This document shows, in pieces, positions 13,400 to 26,713 of a stretch of DNA of 64,000 nt; position 1 is the first letter of the stretch; each line of letters begins with the position of its first letter. The notes under the pieces were generated by a model, which was given only the letters and a program-made list of their open reading frames with translations, made no database searches and was not told the origin of the DNA. This stretch comes from Amphiscolops sp. MND2022 (lineage: Eukaryota): contig OZ076409.1 of the NCBI GenBank assembly GCA_964187785.1, forward strand, positions 37,078,001 through 37,142,000. Direction: 5' to 3'. A program made the translations under genes and the position numbers.

Positions 13400-15600
13400 C
13401 ATCCCAGCTTCAAAATTATGGCCGATGGTTGTTTCTCATCTCATGCAATTGGAGTCTAATTCCCCGAACGCATGGAAGTTGAGATTGCAGGACGTAAAAA
13501 CATTTTCCTTTCAAAATTTTAACTGAACAGTGTTTAGAGATTTGACAAACAACAACTTCGTTTGGTAGGAAAAAAACGGACGGTAAATGTAAAAATTTCA
13601 TACTGTCGTTTTCTAGCAAGAAATTTACGCAGTTTGAACTAAATCTGATCCCGTAATTTACCTAAAGTTTGGTATTTACCCAAACTGAGAACTAGTTGTT
13701 GATGCCAGAAAATATGGGTTTTGTTGGCGAACTTCAACTCTACTGGAATGAACGAATTGAAGCAAACGATTTGAAAGTTGAAAGTTTTATTTTCTTGAAC
13801 GCATACATAATACAACATGATATTTGTCGAAAAATTGAGGAAAAAAACGTTCAAACAGGATAGAAAAGAAGCATAAACAACTCTTCGAGTTTCTGCCCTG
13901 GATATAAGAGAACCAAATTCATACCAACTCAAACTGATTCATTTATTATTCACACATTTATTATTCACATTCATAGTGTCAATTTCACTATTCTCAGATT
14001 TTTTCACGATAACACCAGGGATTGCTTCTGAGACTGTGTATTGATCACTGATTGTTGTTTTGATAATTTTAGTATTTACTTGATAACTTGTAACGATATG
14101 ATCGAGGCAGTTGCGGGCGTTGGTGTTATTTTAGTAAGTTCAAAAGTTGCCGTTTGAATCAAATGCTAGAAGTAGTTTCTAACAATCCGATTTGTCCTTT
14201 GATTCTTCAATTGTGTCAATGTTGAAGTCACCACGCAAAGTAGTGTCATGTTTCTATCGCCGTACAAACTCGAGTACCTTTTCGAAATCTTGCAAAAAAC
14301 TAGGGGTTTTTTACGCTGTGTGTCCTGTATATAACGCAAAATTTCTGATAGTTTTGGATCACAGTTTGTTTGATTGATCACACATTCAATTTCACTCTGA
14401 AGTTCAAAAACTCTGTAATCAATAACTTCTTGGACATAAAGTGCAACACCTCCACGTTTCTGATTTGATGTTCTTGGCTTCGAATCAATTGATATTGTTT
14501 CAAATAATAGTCATTTTCAAGGTCGTCATTCTCTGTTGACCATTTTTCCGGTAGCACTATATTGCTGGTTTATTTTCTTTGTTTTCTAGTTCAATTTTTG
14601 ATTGCATCGTAGGGATTGAATGTTTGTGCACATTACAGAAGGAACACATCCAGTACCGAGTTTCGCCTTTGTTTGAATCTATTTATACATGATTAATACA
14701 AAGAAAAAGTTCGAATTTAGGTTCGTGATTACCTCGTTTAGTAGTCAAACAATGTGATTCTATAGTGCATTATGGTGCTAACGCAATTGATTTCTTTTTT
14801 GTTGTATTCTTTGTGTTGACCACTAAGCGTTGGATCCGTTTCCTGGAATTCATCGTTTCATGTAACAAAACTGGAACCCATACAGAAACTTTTGAGAACA
14901 TTGAGACCTTCACCCGGACTTTCCCTAAGTTTTCTCGTCAAGACGGTATGATTTTCGGAACGTTTCATAACTGCTTTGGGGTTTTTTTACACTTGGTCGT
15001 ATTACCACTCGCGTTTGTTGATAGATGTTGTGGATGAGGTACCTTCTTGACAGCATTTTGCTTGATGTCGTCTTCTGCGTTTCTTGATTTAAAAAGTACA
15101 CATTTGAACTTTCTTCCCTCATCGTTTCGTAGTACTTTGATTTGACAATTGATTTCAAACCTCAAAAAACTATCAAAGCATTGTCCAGTATCTCTACCTG
15201 ACAGGGTGGAAGATGTTCTCTCAAAAATTATTTTCGCCCATTGATGGTGTTTCTTTATTTGCTAACCATGATTTCCGGGAGTATTTTTCTTTTTTTCTAA
15301 GAAAAAAAATTTCACGATAACAGCCGCTGGTTTGTTGGTTGAGCCCGGCCCCAACTGATAACATGCTTTGAAGGGAGTCGTGATTGTTTTGTAGCCCAAA
15401 TATTTTTCAAAGAAGAGACATACCTGTTTTCTTCGGTGACTTAATAGTAACTGTTCAACAATATTTGAGTCTTCGGAATAGTAAAGATCCTTGAGATTCT
15501 TGAAAGCAAGCCACACAAGTCTGCCTTTCTACGTCTGCATCGTTTTTGATTACTTTCTCTCGATAGCAAACTATCGTAACTTTTTGCAGCTAGCAATAGT
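13400..15600 (-). mobile_element. Decayed non-LTR retrotransposon (CR1/L2-like): ORF1 end and AP-endonuclease region, no RT visible
   Basis: Minus strand reads 'CTNIQSLR' (~14630), 'AIVLPEKW' (degenerate ETW) and 'RGGVALYV' (~14432-14458); ORF 15262-15516 'NKPAAVIVKF' resembles the RRM-type LINE ORF1. Boundaries approximate. Confidence 0.7.
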
Positions 15601-15639
15601 CGGCTTGAAGCTGTTGTTTCGAAATGGCTTGCTCATGGT

Positions 15640-15845
15640 AACGAAGGTCTGACTGCTCACCATTGTCCTTTTTTGGTTTTCTCCGCCATATGCGTCATTT
15701 TTTGCCATGACCATTCCACTAAGCTAGGATGAAGGACTTGCTTAAGGCCCACTTATGGCGACAAGCGGCTTGAGAGAGATTCGACCCCGATACCACACTA
15801 GTACATGCCGAATGCTCTGACTGCTCACTCAATGCTCCACCAATT
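15640..15845 (-). mobile_element. tRNA-derived SINE copy 1
   Basis: Minus strand has a tRNA-like head (gggtcgaatc B box) followed by gtgggccttaagcaagtccttcatcc; homologous to 49795-49988. Confidence 0.75.
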
Positions 15846-16244
15846 GGAAAATTGGAAATTAAAAAGATCAACAAAGAAGGATTCTGAAAACTGCTGATAT
15901 TTACAGACATCTTGTCACCGTTTCGTATACTTGCGGTTCTATTGCTTCAAGTGAAATACCTTCACAAAATTTGAAAACTGAATACTCCTAACAGCTTTCA
16001 GTGTTGACAAACAGTTGTCTCTTTATGCGTTCACTTTGACCGTTTTTAGCCTTACAGTTAAATTCTTTGAACTTATCTCCAAATTGAAACACGGTCAAAT
16101 CTCAAGAAAAAGTTCTTATTAACAACAATTCGAAGAATTACAAAAGAAACTAGAGTTATTAATCGAGGATGATTTTTCGCCATCCACTGGTTCTACTCAT
16201 CATACTTCAGTTCGATTCAACCCCGGACCTATTCGGTCAACTAC

Positions 16245-16756
16245 AAAACATCTTATTATTGGGATATCCCGAACCTAGTACTTTCATGCAATAAGAATTG
16301 CTAAAGACACTATGGCGCACATTGTAAGAGATTCCTTCTCTGGTGGATGGGTATGCTGAGCATCATCTGGAAACTCTGGTCATCATCGGAGGCTTCAATG
16401 ACCCCTCGAAATGTGCCGAGGAAACTGAAGCAGTCTGGGATATCATCATCCAAAAATCAAAATCTAAGTTCACACCTACTCGATTCATTTTACTTTACAC
16501 AATAAAAAGTTTAATCCAGAAGCTGCAGAGAGTTGATGCGCTGAATCAATCTCTGCAAAAAGAACTGCGTAAAGAAAAAAATATCATTTCGATTGATTTT
16601 AATGAGATTTGTTTCCCGAAAAAGTTGGCAAACAACATTTTTTTGGACGCGATTGAATACATCTTTCTTTTGTTTGCTGGTACCAAGCTGGTAACAATTG
16701 TCTTACAGGGGCACATTGAAAACAACCACGCTTCAGCGACAATGAGAAGAACTTGA
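16245..16756 (+). pseudogene. LINE ORF1 remnant with SGNH esterase-like motifs
   Basis: 'HLIIGIS' (degenerate GDS block I, ~16248-16270), 'LVIIGGFND' (GxND block III), 'IFLDAIE' (degenerate DxxH block V). Confidence 0.55.
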
Positions 16757-18739
16757 CCACATTACTTCAATAACGGTCACTTCCATAATGGTCCAAACTA
16801 TCAAAAAATGAACTATTGGATGCAGTCTGTCCCACAAATTTCAGATAATTTAAGATATGGCTACAAGGCTCATGATTATTATTGGCAATGTCCAATTATG
16901 TGTTTTCAAAAAGATATTGAAAAGTCTATTGACTTACTGTTCGCTCTTTCTCTCTCGAAAGTAGCTCCAATTTTTCTTTACTCCTTCATACCCTAAAAAA
17001 TGACCATTCTCTCAAGACTAATATGTATTCAAATGTCAAAGACCAGCGTCTGTTTACAGACAAAGGAAAAGGAGCACAGGCAACGACACGTTGCAATGTG
17101 GTGACATAGAAACCAATCCCGGTCCGACCACCTTACTGGCTTATGGCGAACTTGCGAAAACTTTACCTTTCGTTAAAAAGGGATCAAAATATCTTCATCT
17201 AAACGCGCAGAATCTTTCTGTCAAATAAATCAGTTTAAAAGACTGATTGAATCACTTTACGAGAATACTATTGTTGCAATAACCGAAACGTGGCTCACCG
17301 AGTAGGATGATAAAGATCTGTGGTGTACCGATAAATCATTGTTCGAACCCTACCGCTGCGATTGGTATAAAGAAAACACTAATAAGGAGCGCGGTGGTGG
17401 TGTGTTGCTTCTAAGTCCCAAAAAACTTAACCCGAAGCCTAGAGCTGACCTTGCACTTAAAACAAACAATTTGAAAGCATATGTGTTGAATGCCAATTCA
17501 AAGATAGACAGAAGTCTAAACAATTGGTTCATTTGGCTTATAATCCCAATATATCAAAAACAGTGCAGTTCCTCACCGACCTCGGGCTTACTAATGACAC
17601 AGCTATAACTGAGAAAAAAACTAATCCTCATGGGTGATTATAATATCAAATACTTAGATCAGAAAGAAAGTGAATCTATTCAAACTGTCTTGATCCCCCA
17701 TTATTTATCTTCAACGCGATGTTCAAAAAAGTCAAAGTCTCATTAGATTAAATTGTGATTGATGATGGAAACTTTAATGATAAAACTTTTATTTTCAGTT
17801 GCCCAGTTGAATCTGGTCATCTCGCAACTCTGCTGATAAAAACTACCGAATGGAAGAAAACTTCCACTGCAAAAAACTGTCATGAAGACGTTTTCAAAAC
17901 TAAAGTAGGAGACATAAAATGGTTCTCTTTCTACAACCAGAACAATGTACACCGAATTTTGTAATTTACTCTTGAATCAAGTTCTAAAAAAGTGTGTTTC
18001 GTTCGCAAAAATTAGCCGAGAATATCGATTCAAGATGATAGCTATATATCTAAACTGTTCTATTCAAAGCCACAGATAGAGAAAAATGGCAGATCACCAA
18101 CGATACAAAAAACTCAAAATCAATTGGACGGTTTTTTGTCAAAGGAAAAGCTTCGGTGACTTGGTTACTGAGCTTTCGAAAAGTGCTAACCTTTGAACTA
18201 TCGCTTATCTAAATTAGGTGATTACCTTGGCCAGCATTGCGATCTACGCTATGTTTCAACCCCTAACACTAAGCAAAGTTTTTGCTTTCGTTTCATCACT
18301 ACCAGGGAGACACTCAATCTTCTGAAAACTGTAAATGTACGGAAGTTGACAGGACCTTCGGACATACCACCGTGGGCACTGCAAGATTGTTCTGCAGAGA
18401 TGGCTGAACATCTAACATCTAACGTTCTTGTTCAATGCCTCCATTGCAGAATCAAAATTTCCCTCTCAATTCAAACAAGCCATTTTACCGCCGATATTCA
18501 AGAAAGGCGACAGTGAAGATCCACAGAGTTATAGGCCCATTTCTCTCATCTCCGTACTTTCGAAGCTTTTTAGGAAAAATCTCGCGAATCAAATAAATGA
18601 GTACTAAAGTCGATTTGACTTGATCTCTCAATATCAGTTCGGCTTCAGATCAAAAGTCTCAACAACAGATGCAACAGGTGCTGTGGTCTTTTGAACAGAA
18701 TCTTTCTGGAGTGATATCGACAAAACCAAATACGTCGCT

Positions 18740-19783
18740 TTGGCTCTGCTCAATCTCCTGAAAACATTCGACTCTATCCAATACAATATTTCGCAGAAGA
18801 AACTATTCGATGTATTCGATGTAGGCTTTGGTGAACCATCAAGATGGTGGCTTTTTGTACTTTTGTACTGCTTGACAATCAATCAGCAATCAAAATTGCT
18901 GATCGACTGTTCTTCCAACGGAATCCAAAAAGTCTGCGTCAACAAAACCACATCTGAAAGGATCGATCAAGGTGTGCCACAAGGCACAGTCCTAGGACCA
19001 CTTCTCTTTAACATTTATGTCAATGACATGCAGCAAAATATTGCACCCAATTGTCAAGTTTTACAAAAAGCTGATGATACTATGGTTTACACGACCAACG
19101 AATATTTCAACCTAGCACGCTCGGATTTTAAAAAAAGCCTTTCTGAAGTATCAGAAAATTTCCGGAAGCGTAATATGAAATTAAAAGCCGATAAAACTGA
19201 AATTATTGCTCTATTAAAGAAATCAAAATACAGCCTTATCGCAAACTCGAATATTTCATTTGAGGATAGCCAAATCCCTATTTCCTCAACTCTAAAGTTT
19301 CTCGGTTTCTTTATTGATCAAAATCTTACAATCCAGCAAGAAGTAAAAAACGTTTTCCGCAAGAAGGCCTGTGGAATTGAAACTTTGAATGCAATCAAAA
19401 ACCTTTCCACTATAAATACACGTCTTATCATAATGAATGCGCTCGTTCTCAGTCATCTGCATTATTCATCGATTATACTGATTCCAATCAGTCAAAATCT
19501 TGTTGCCTCACTTGACCAACAGCTCAAGTGGGCTATTCAATTGTATGTCAACCGAGGGAATTTCGACTTATCGCGTGATCTCAAAATTCAATATCATGTT
19601 TTTTACCGATCCGACACTTTCTGGTTTTCAAACTCTTTTGTTATTTCTGGAGGCTGTCAAATAATTCACTCCCTGCATTCAAAACTCTGTCACTTCCTAA
19701 TTTCACTTTGTCTGAAAACAAAAGAACTCGTAAATTGGATTGTCAAAACAAACATCGAACTTTCTTTCTCGAAAGTTGTATGA
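18740..19783 (+). pseudogene. LINE reverse transcriptase fragment (largest remaining ORF2 piece)
   Basis: 347-aa ORF with LxKxFD-like, GVPQGTVLGPLLFNIYVND, ADDT, KTEII and LKFLG; frameshifted near its 3' end. Confidence 0.92.
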
Positions 19784-20490
19784 TAAAGCGTGGGTGCAAA
19801 CTTTGGAACTGATACCACGCTAAGCATCCGGACTTAACATCCAAATACAACTATAACACGGTGAAAGTAAATTTCAAAAAACATTTTTTTGAACTGTTCC
19901 TTGAAGATAGTGACACCAAATTTTATGGAAAACTCATTTGGAAAGAATTCGGTTTCATTAAAAAATTAGTGAGTGCGAACTGTAAGGTTATGTATTAGGC
20001 TTCGGCCTCACTTAACACTTTTCATAATTACCCCTATTTTTTCCATAATTATTTTTGATCAACCAAGACATGTCTTGTTTTATGTTTTTATACAACATAT
20101 CAATGGGAATTCACATGTTCCTTTTTTTTCTAATTTACTAAAATTTGCTTCATAATGAATAGATTTGCAGTTTTTCAAGATCTCTTTCAACTTAAGGTTG
20201 ACGATTTTTCTTCTCTGAAATTAACTTTGAAAAGCTATTTCTTTAGACGAAATTCTCTTCTTCTTCTGCTGGTATATCAAAGTCTGGAGTCCATTTTCAA
20301 CCACTGCATTCCGTCCAAGTCGCTTGGATTGAAATTACAGCATTCAAGTTGAGCTTTTGACTTCCTCAGGTTTATTGTTTGGCTGAATCTAAAGTAATTT
20401 ACCATAAGGGTTTTTGGGGCATCCTTTTGATCTCTGGTGAAAGTGAATTCCACCGTACAAACCCAGAAAGGTAATCGAACTCTTAACATG

Positions 20491-20683
20491 TGTGGTAGGG
20501 CTATGAAGTATTTGTAAACAAGGTGTCTAACATTTGAAAACTTAATTAAATACCTGTCAGAAATCTAAACTAAAAACAGTTGCCAGCATTCATTTGCTAA
20601 ATTGCCTTGTTATAATATACGTACTACATTAATTCAAAGTTATCCTCAAATTGTTTCTTCAATTTTTTGAAAAATCTTAAACA
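20491..20683 (+). repeat. 5' LTR of plus-strand Gypsy
   Basis: Homologous to 26714-26903; directly followed by the PBS. Confidence 0.9.
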
Positions 20684-20696
20684 TGGCGCTGCGAGC
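20684..20696 (+). promoter_or_regulatory. Primer-binding site, tRNA-Ser type
   Basis: TGGCGCTGCGAGC immediately after the LTR; complementary to the 3' end of eukaryotic tRNA-Ser. Confidence 0.7.
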
Positions 20697-23158
20697 TCCA
20701 AATTCCGAAACTTCATCAGTTGCGACGATTTCTTTGTCACACTTAGTGGGAGCTAGTCTATTGGCACGATGCCAACACGAACCCGACAATGGATTGGGAC
20801 AAGTGGTTGGATCTATTCCAGGTAGCAGTCATGGCGAAATATTCAATCTCTTTGACGGAGTTGACAACAGAAGCGAATGAGCAAAATCCCAGGGCACGAC
20901 CTATTATGGGGGATATGGATGAAACGCCTGCAAACAAAAAAGTGGTGAGTGTGATGTATTTATCGCTGGGAAAAGCAGCCAGAAGGCAATATAAAGTTAA
21001 ATACCCGCACACAAGACTATGGGATCTAGGAACTAAACAATTAATCACGATGTGCAACGAATGCTTTCAAAGAAAACGACACAGAACGCTAGATCGTCAT
21101 TAATTTTTCGCGAGAATGCAACAACCCGGTGAATTGTTTCACCAGTTTTGGCACGCCCTTAACGGACTAGCGCCCCCCGTGATTTTGGCGAAATTAATAC
21201 GACATTGGTATAAGATATGTTCATCTTGCACATGAATAATAAAAAAGTGCTAGAAAAACTAAAACTTTGCACAGAGCCAAAAGAACCCGAGCAAGCGTTG
21301 AAGTTTGCAATTGCTTTCGAAGAGGGGAAAAACGTCGGAAAAACGATGCAGTACAAAACCCAGAATCGTCAAAAAAGTGAACATTAAAAGCGAACCAGTT
21401 TATGCAGTCAAAAAGAATAACCATCGGGAATGCTTCAGATGTGGGGAGGCAAATTTCACAATGGAGCATGTCAAGAGTTGCAGAGCCACAAATTACAAAT
21501 GTAAACACTGCAAAATCATGGGACTTCTCGCGATCAGCTGTAATAAGAAAGTTTTTCAACGCCAAAAAGAGATGGTCCAGCGATTAAAAGTCAGAGACAA
21601 TACACAGAGAATGCGAAGAGTGAATACCATCGAAGATTCAGAAGAGGAATCGATAACTGATGACGGAGATGATAAAGAAGAGCAATTAGTACTGAGAGTG
21701 GACGGGAAAGAACCCTTTTACATGGAGGGCATGATGTGCGACAAGTATTTCAAGGCGATAATTGATACGGGATCTCCTGTTTCAATTTTTACGAAAACAG
21801 ATTAGCAAAACACTATTGGCAGACGAAAAGTTGTAGTTAGAAAAATGATCAAAAATGAAAAGTACGTTGATTCCAACAAAAGGCACTTGACGTTATTGGG
21901 ATACCAAATTGTCAGACTCGAAGTCGCAGGCGTGACGGTATCGAAGGCGGGAGTGTTGGTCTCTCCGAACAGTGGAAAATCGATAGTCAGAAGTGATTGG
22001 CTAATTGCTTTCCGCTAGCCATTAAAGCAGCCAATAGAAAGAGATGAGTGCGAAGAAAGTAACCAAGCAAATACCAGTGATTAATCAATAAACAGGGTAA
22101 ATCCCGAAGAATAGCTCGGCCCCGAAATTAGTAAACTAGGCACGGAGTTCCCAAAAATGTTTAACAGAAAAGGCCGAAAAAAACTATGTAACAAAAATAA
22201 AATGAAAGAAAACGCTAAGATAACACAACAAAAAGGTAGAAGGATACCGATTCAAATGCAAGATCAAGTCGATGCGGAATTTCAGAAATTACTATAGGAT
22301 GGGCATATCGAAACAGTAGGAAAAACTTAAGTTGTATTTTATCAGCCCACGGTCCTAACGGTGAAAAAGGACAAGTCCGTTAAAATTGCTTTTAATGCCA
22401 GAACATTGAACCAATCCATAGCGAAGGACGAGTTCCAAATGTCAACTTTAGATGTTTTATTGGACATGATTGCGGAAAACTTAGATGAAAAGGAAGGGCA
22501 AGCCTTATATTCGTTCGTGGATTTGACTTGAGCATACGGACAAGTGCCTCTACATGAATTAACAAAGAAACAGTGCCATTTCAACATCGTGGGAAAATCG
22601 ACTAGTACATATCGATTCACTACGGGATATTACGGCCTCACGGTAATGCCCACAGATTTCCAAATGTTGATGGACATTACACTTGCTAATATAAGAAGTG
22701 TATATGTGTTTATAGACGATTACTAATTGTAACTAAGGGAGCTAACTTTGAACATGTAATAAGTCAAAGAAGTCTTGAAAGTTTCGGATGAAGCTAATTT
22801 GCAATTGAAAGCGGAAAAATGTATTATTGCACAAAACAGCATAGACTGGCTGGGGTACAAAACAACAGGAAGTGGCATTTCCCTGGTAATTACCAAAGTG
22901 CAGGGAATACGCGAAAGACTGATGCCAACCAATTTAAAGCAATTGCGATCTTTTTTAAGAGCACTTAATCAATTTCATATGTTTGTTCCCATTTTAGCTG
23001 CGATCAGCTATCCATTTAGATCAATTTTGAAAAAAGATGCGGATTGGAAGTGGGACGAAAACCACGAGAGAGCATTTTGCAAAATTTCCAAGAAATCAAC
23101 AAAGTTGTAGAATTATCACACTTCCAAAGAGACCTAGATATTCGAATTATTTGTGACG

Positions 23159-23873
23159 CAATCACTCAAAATCTTGTTGCCTCATTTGACCAACAGCTCA
23201 AGTGGGCTATACAATTGGTTGTCAACGAAGGGAAATTCGACTCATCGCGCGATCTCAAAATTCAATATCATGTTATACCGTCCCGACACACTTGGTTTTC
23301 AAACGCTTTTGTTATTTCTGGAGGCTGTCACAAAATTCACTCCCTGCATTCAAAACTGTGTCACTCCCTAATTTCTCTTTGTCTGAAAACAAAAGAACTC
23401 GTAAATTGGATTGTCAAATCAGACATCGAACTTCCTTTCTCGAAAGTTGTATGATAAAGCGTGGGTGCAAACTTTGGAACTCATACCACGCTTAGCATCC
23501 GGACTTACCATCCAAATACAACTATAACACGGTGAAAGTAAAAGTGAAAAATTATTTTGATGAATTGTTCCTTGAAGATAGTGACATCAAATTTTATGGA
23601 AAACTCATTTGGAAAGAATTCGGTTTCAATAAAAACTTAGTGAGTGCGAACGAAATAAGGTTATGTATTAGGCTTCGGCCTCACTTAACACTTTTCATAA
23701 TTACCCCTTTTTTTCCATAGTTATTTTTGATCAACCAAGACATGTCTTGTTTTATGTTTTTATACAACATATCAATGGGAATTCACATGTTCCTTTTTTT
23801 CTAAATTACTACAAAATTGCTTCATAATGATTAGATTTGCAGTTTTTCAAGGAGGGCTCTTTCGGCTAAAGAA
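23159..23873 (+). mobile_element. 5'-truncated LINE 3' fragment inserted in the Gypsy pol
   Basis: 23159-23851 is ~90% similar to 19485-20179, then 22 extra nt; flanked by a direct duplication of Gypsy sequence (22906-23160 / 23874-24130). Confidence 0.92.
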
Positions 23874-25044
23874 AATACGCGAAAGACTGATGCCAACCAA
23901 TTTAAAGCAATTGCGATAATTTTTGAGAGCAGTTATTCAATTTAATAAGTTTATTCCCATTTTAGCTGCGATTAGCTGTCCATTCAGATCAATTTTGAAA
24001 ATAAGATGCGGATTGGAAGTGGGACGAAAACCACGAGAGAGGATTTTGCAAAATTAACCAAGAAATCAAACAAGTTGTAGAATTATCACACTTTCAAAGA
24101 GACCAAGATATTCGAATTATTTGTGATGCAAAAAACAAGGCCTTGAGACAGTATTAAAGCAAGTACAAAGCGACGGAAATTGGAAACCAATTAGTTTTGC
24201 ATCAGAGTTTTAAACTGATTTTGAGTTGAAAGATTCCAATATTGGATTAGAGCTTTTAGCAAAAGTCTGAGCAATAGAACAATTTAAAAATCGCGTGTGT
24301 GAGGTATCTTCTAAAGTAGTATCTGATCACAAAGCTTTAATGTCAGTTTTAAATCCAAATCGGGGCACAAAACGTTTTCTAGCAGGTTAACTAGATGGGT
24401 ACATTGACTACTACCCTTCGAATTCGAAGTTGCCCATGCCGCAGGGAGAACATTGGGCATGGCAGATCATCTATCTAGACACCCAAGCGGAATGAACAGC
24501 TCAGTAATAAAAGCAGAAATGCTTTGGATTGAGTGGTTCACTGTAAACAGCGTAAATAGCTTAAACAATACTTTAGAAGACAGAGCGCAGCCACGCGACA
24601 GCGACAAAACGGCATATATTGAAAGAGAGAAAACAAGCATCAACCACGTGGAAGAAGTAAAATCCAAGCGGCTAATCAGATCGCAGGAAACGCACAAAAC
24701 GCGGGAATCAAATAAGCTCAGTCGGAGTGTTAATAACTGTAAAACAAGAATAAGTCAGAGCCCGTCAATTCGATTGATAAACGAGAAATTATTGCCAGCC
24801 AATTAAGTGGCGGACAAAACAATCCAGCGGGTTTTCGCAATTCTGAAGAAATATAATCTAACAGCAATCAGCCGACTGCTGTCCCCGTGGAGAGAATAGT
24901 TCCAATCGTTTTCGCTTGACGAAAGAGATTTCCTCTATATGGATAAGATCTTAGTTATCCCGCAATCAATGCGTTCCGTGATAATGTGTTCAATACATAA
25001 CGGGCACCCGGACATTTGGTGGCCGAACGTACACAGGGACAATA

Positions 25045-25248
25045 GAGTGCACAGGCAAGCCTTATTTGCTCAAAGCGCAACATAGTGCTTTCAATATCTC
25101 GGATTCCACGACCATACCTTTAACCGTGCAAAATTGGCAAATTACGTCATTTGTCCCGGATTCCACAAACAAGCATTCCACGGACAAGCAGCGAAATTTT
25201 CGTGTCCCGGATTCCACGAAAAGCAGCAAAAAGCTTGCCTGTGCACTG
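25045..25248. mobile_element. Tc1/mariner-type MITE inserted in the Gypsy integrase zinc-finger region
   Basis: TIRs agtgcacaggcaagc / gcttgcctgtgcact, TA on both flanks, three internal cggattccac repeats. Confidence 0.8.
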
Positions 25249-26713
25249 TAATGGAGTTTATCGACCGGTCAAGAATGTGTGACGAAAGTCTACGAGCTGG
25301 TAAGAACTTAAAATGTTTGTTGAGGCAAAATCTGGGCGGAAAATTACCAAAAACAAAAGAAGTGAACGAAAAAGTAGCATTGAATTTTGCGGGTCCCTTC
25401 CAGAAATCAAAACAAGGGAAGAACTTTTTACTAGTCTCAATTGACCATTTCTCAGCATGGCCGGACGCAAAAATGTTACACCAACCCACGACAAGTAAAG
25501 TAATTGATTTTTTGGAACAATACATAACGAATGATGGAGTTCCAAAACCATAAGAAATGATCCAGGTACGGTTTTTTTGAGTGACGTATTCAAGCAGTTT
25601 TGTAAACAATTCAGTATAGCTCAAACTATCTGCCCAGTGCGCGATCACCGGGGAAATGGTAAAATCGAGCAGCTGATACGAACGATCAATGAGTGGTTAC
25701 GCGCAATTATGCAAATCGTACTAACGAAGGATAAATCATACTGTCGGAAAACTTATACGCGTTGAGAATCAGTAAGAAAGAAAACGGAAAGTCACCCTTT
25801 GAGAAACAGATGGGACGGCAGCCAAATACGGTACAATCCAATCTGATTAGCAAAATTTTGGATGTTTCAGAAATCGATTCCCAGCTACTAGATATCCAAC
25901 CTTCCAATTTCCAAGATGACCTGGACTTCAAAGTCCTATTACGAGATCGATCGAGAGGCTCCAAATTGGAGAGCGCCTTCAGCAAGAATACGGGGGGAAT
26001 AGTGAAAGAAACAAACAACACCATCACTATGCTGCCAGAAAAATCTGCGAAAGAGAAAACCTACTCAAATAGGGACATCGCTAAATTGACTAGGCTACAG
26101 AAACGAGCGTGGGTAGAGAGCGAGAGTAGCGGGTCATCGACAACCCCACAAGAAGTCACGCGGAAACCCAAAGGAAAAAGAAGAAAGACGGAGAAAGGAA
26201 GCGAATTCCTTGAAATCGCAATCGAGCTGACTGACGAAGCCCCGAAAAAAAATCATTATCGCGTCAAGCAGCGCAAACAGCGTGAGAAGTGAAGTAGCCA
26301 AAGAAGCTACAAGATGTAGAAAACCCAGACAGAAGGGAATGCCCAAAACCTAGAAACGGAGAAGACACCCTCAACTGCGCTAATGGAAGCGACGAAGGAG
26401 AAGCCACCGCAGCGCGTGCTGTAAAGAAAGCACGTACCCACACAGCGCTAGGGAATAGATGTAATGAGAGTGGAAGACGAAAGCGAAGAGACCCGTGAAA
26501 ACATTGTAAAACATTTGACTGAATTTAACTCCGAAATCTTTTGAAACATTTAGTTTGTGTATTATGCATCTAAACATTTACCTAACAAGAACTTTAGTTG
26601 TAATTACAACTACCTTTACACCATGCACCCAAGTTTTTATCCGTACAGTAATTTGTGTTAACCTTATACATGAGAAGAGTTGAGATAGTGTCCTCTCTCA
26701 TTAAAAAGAGGGA

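Larger units (their letters stand above)
15950..20179 (+). mobile_element. Near full-length, decayed CR1/L2-type LINE (ORF1 + APE-RT ORF2)
   Basis: APE motifs 'HLNAQ', 'IAITETWL'-like (~17270-17297), 'RGGGVLL', 'LMGDYNI'; RT-region motifs 'KLTGPSDIP', 'YRPISL', 'YQFGFR', 'GVPQGTVLGPLLFNIYVND', 'ADDT'; C-terminal 'R..FLESCMIKRGCKLWN'. Confidence 0.92.
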
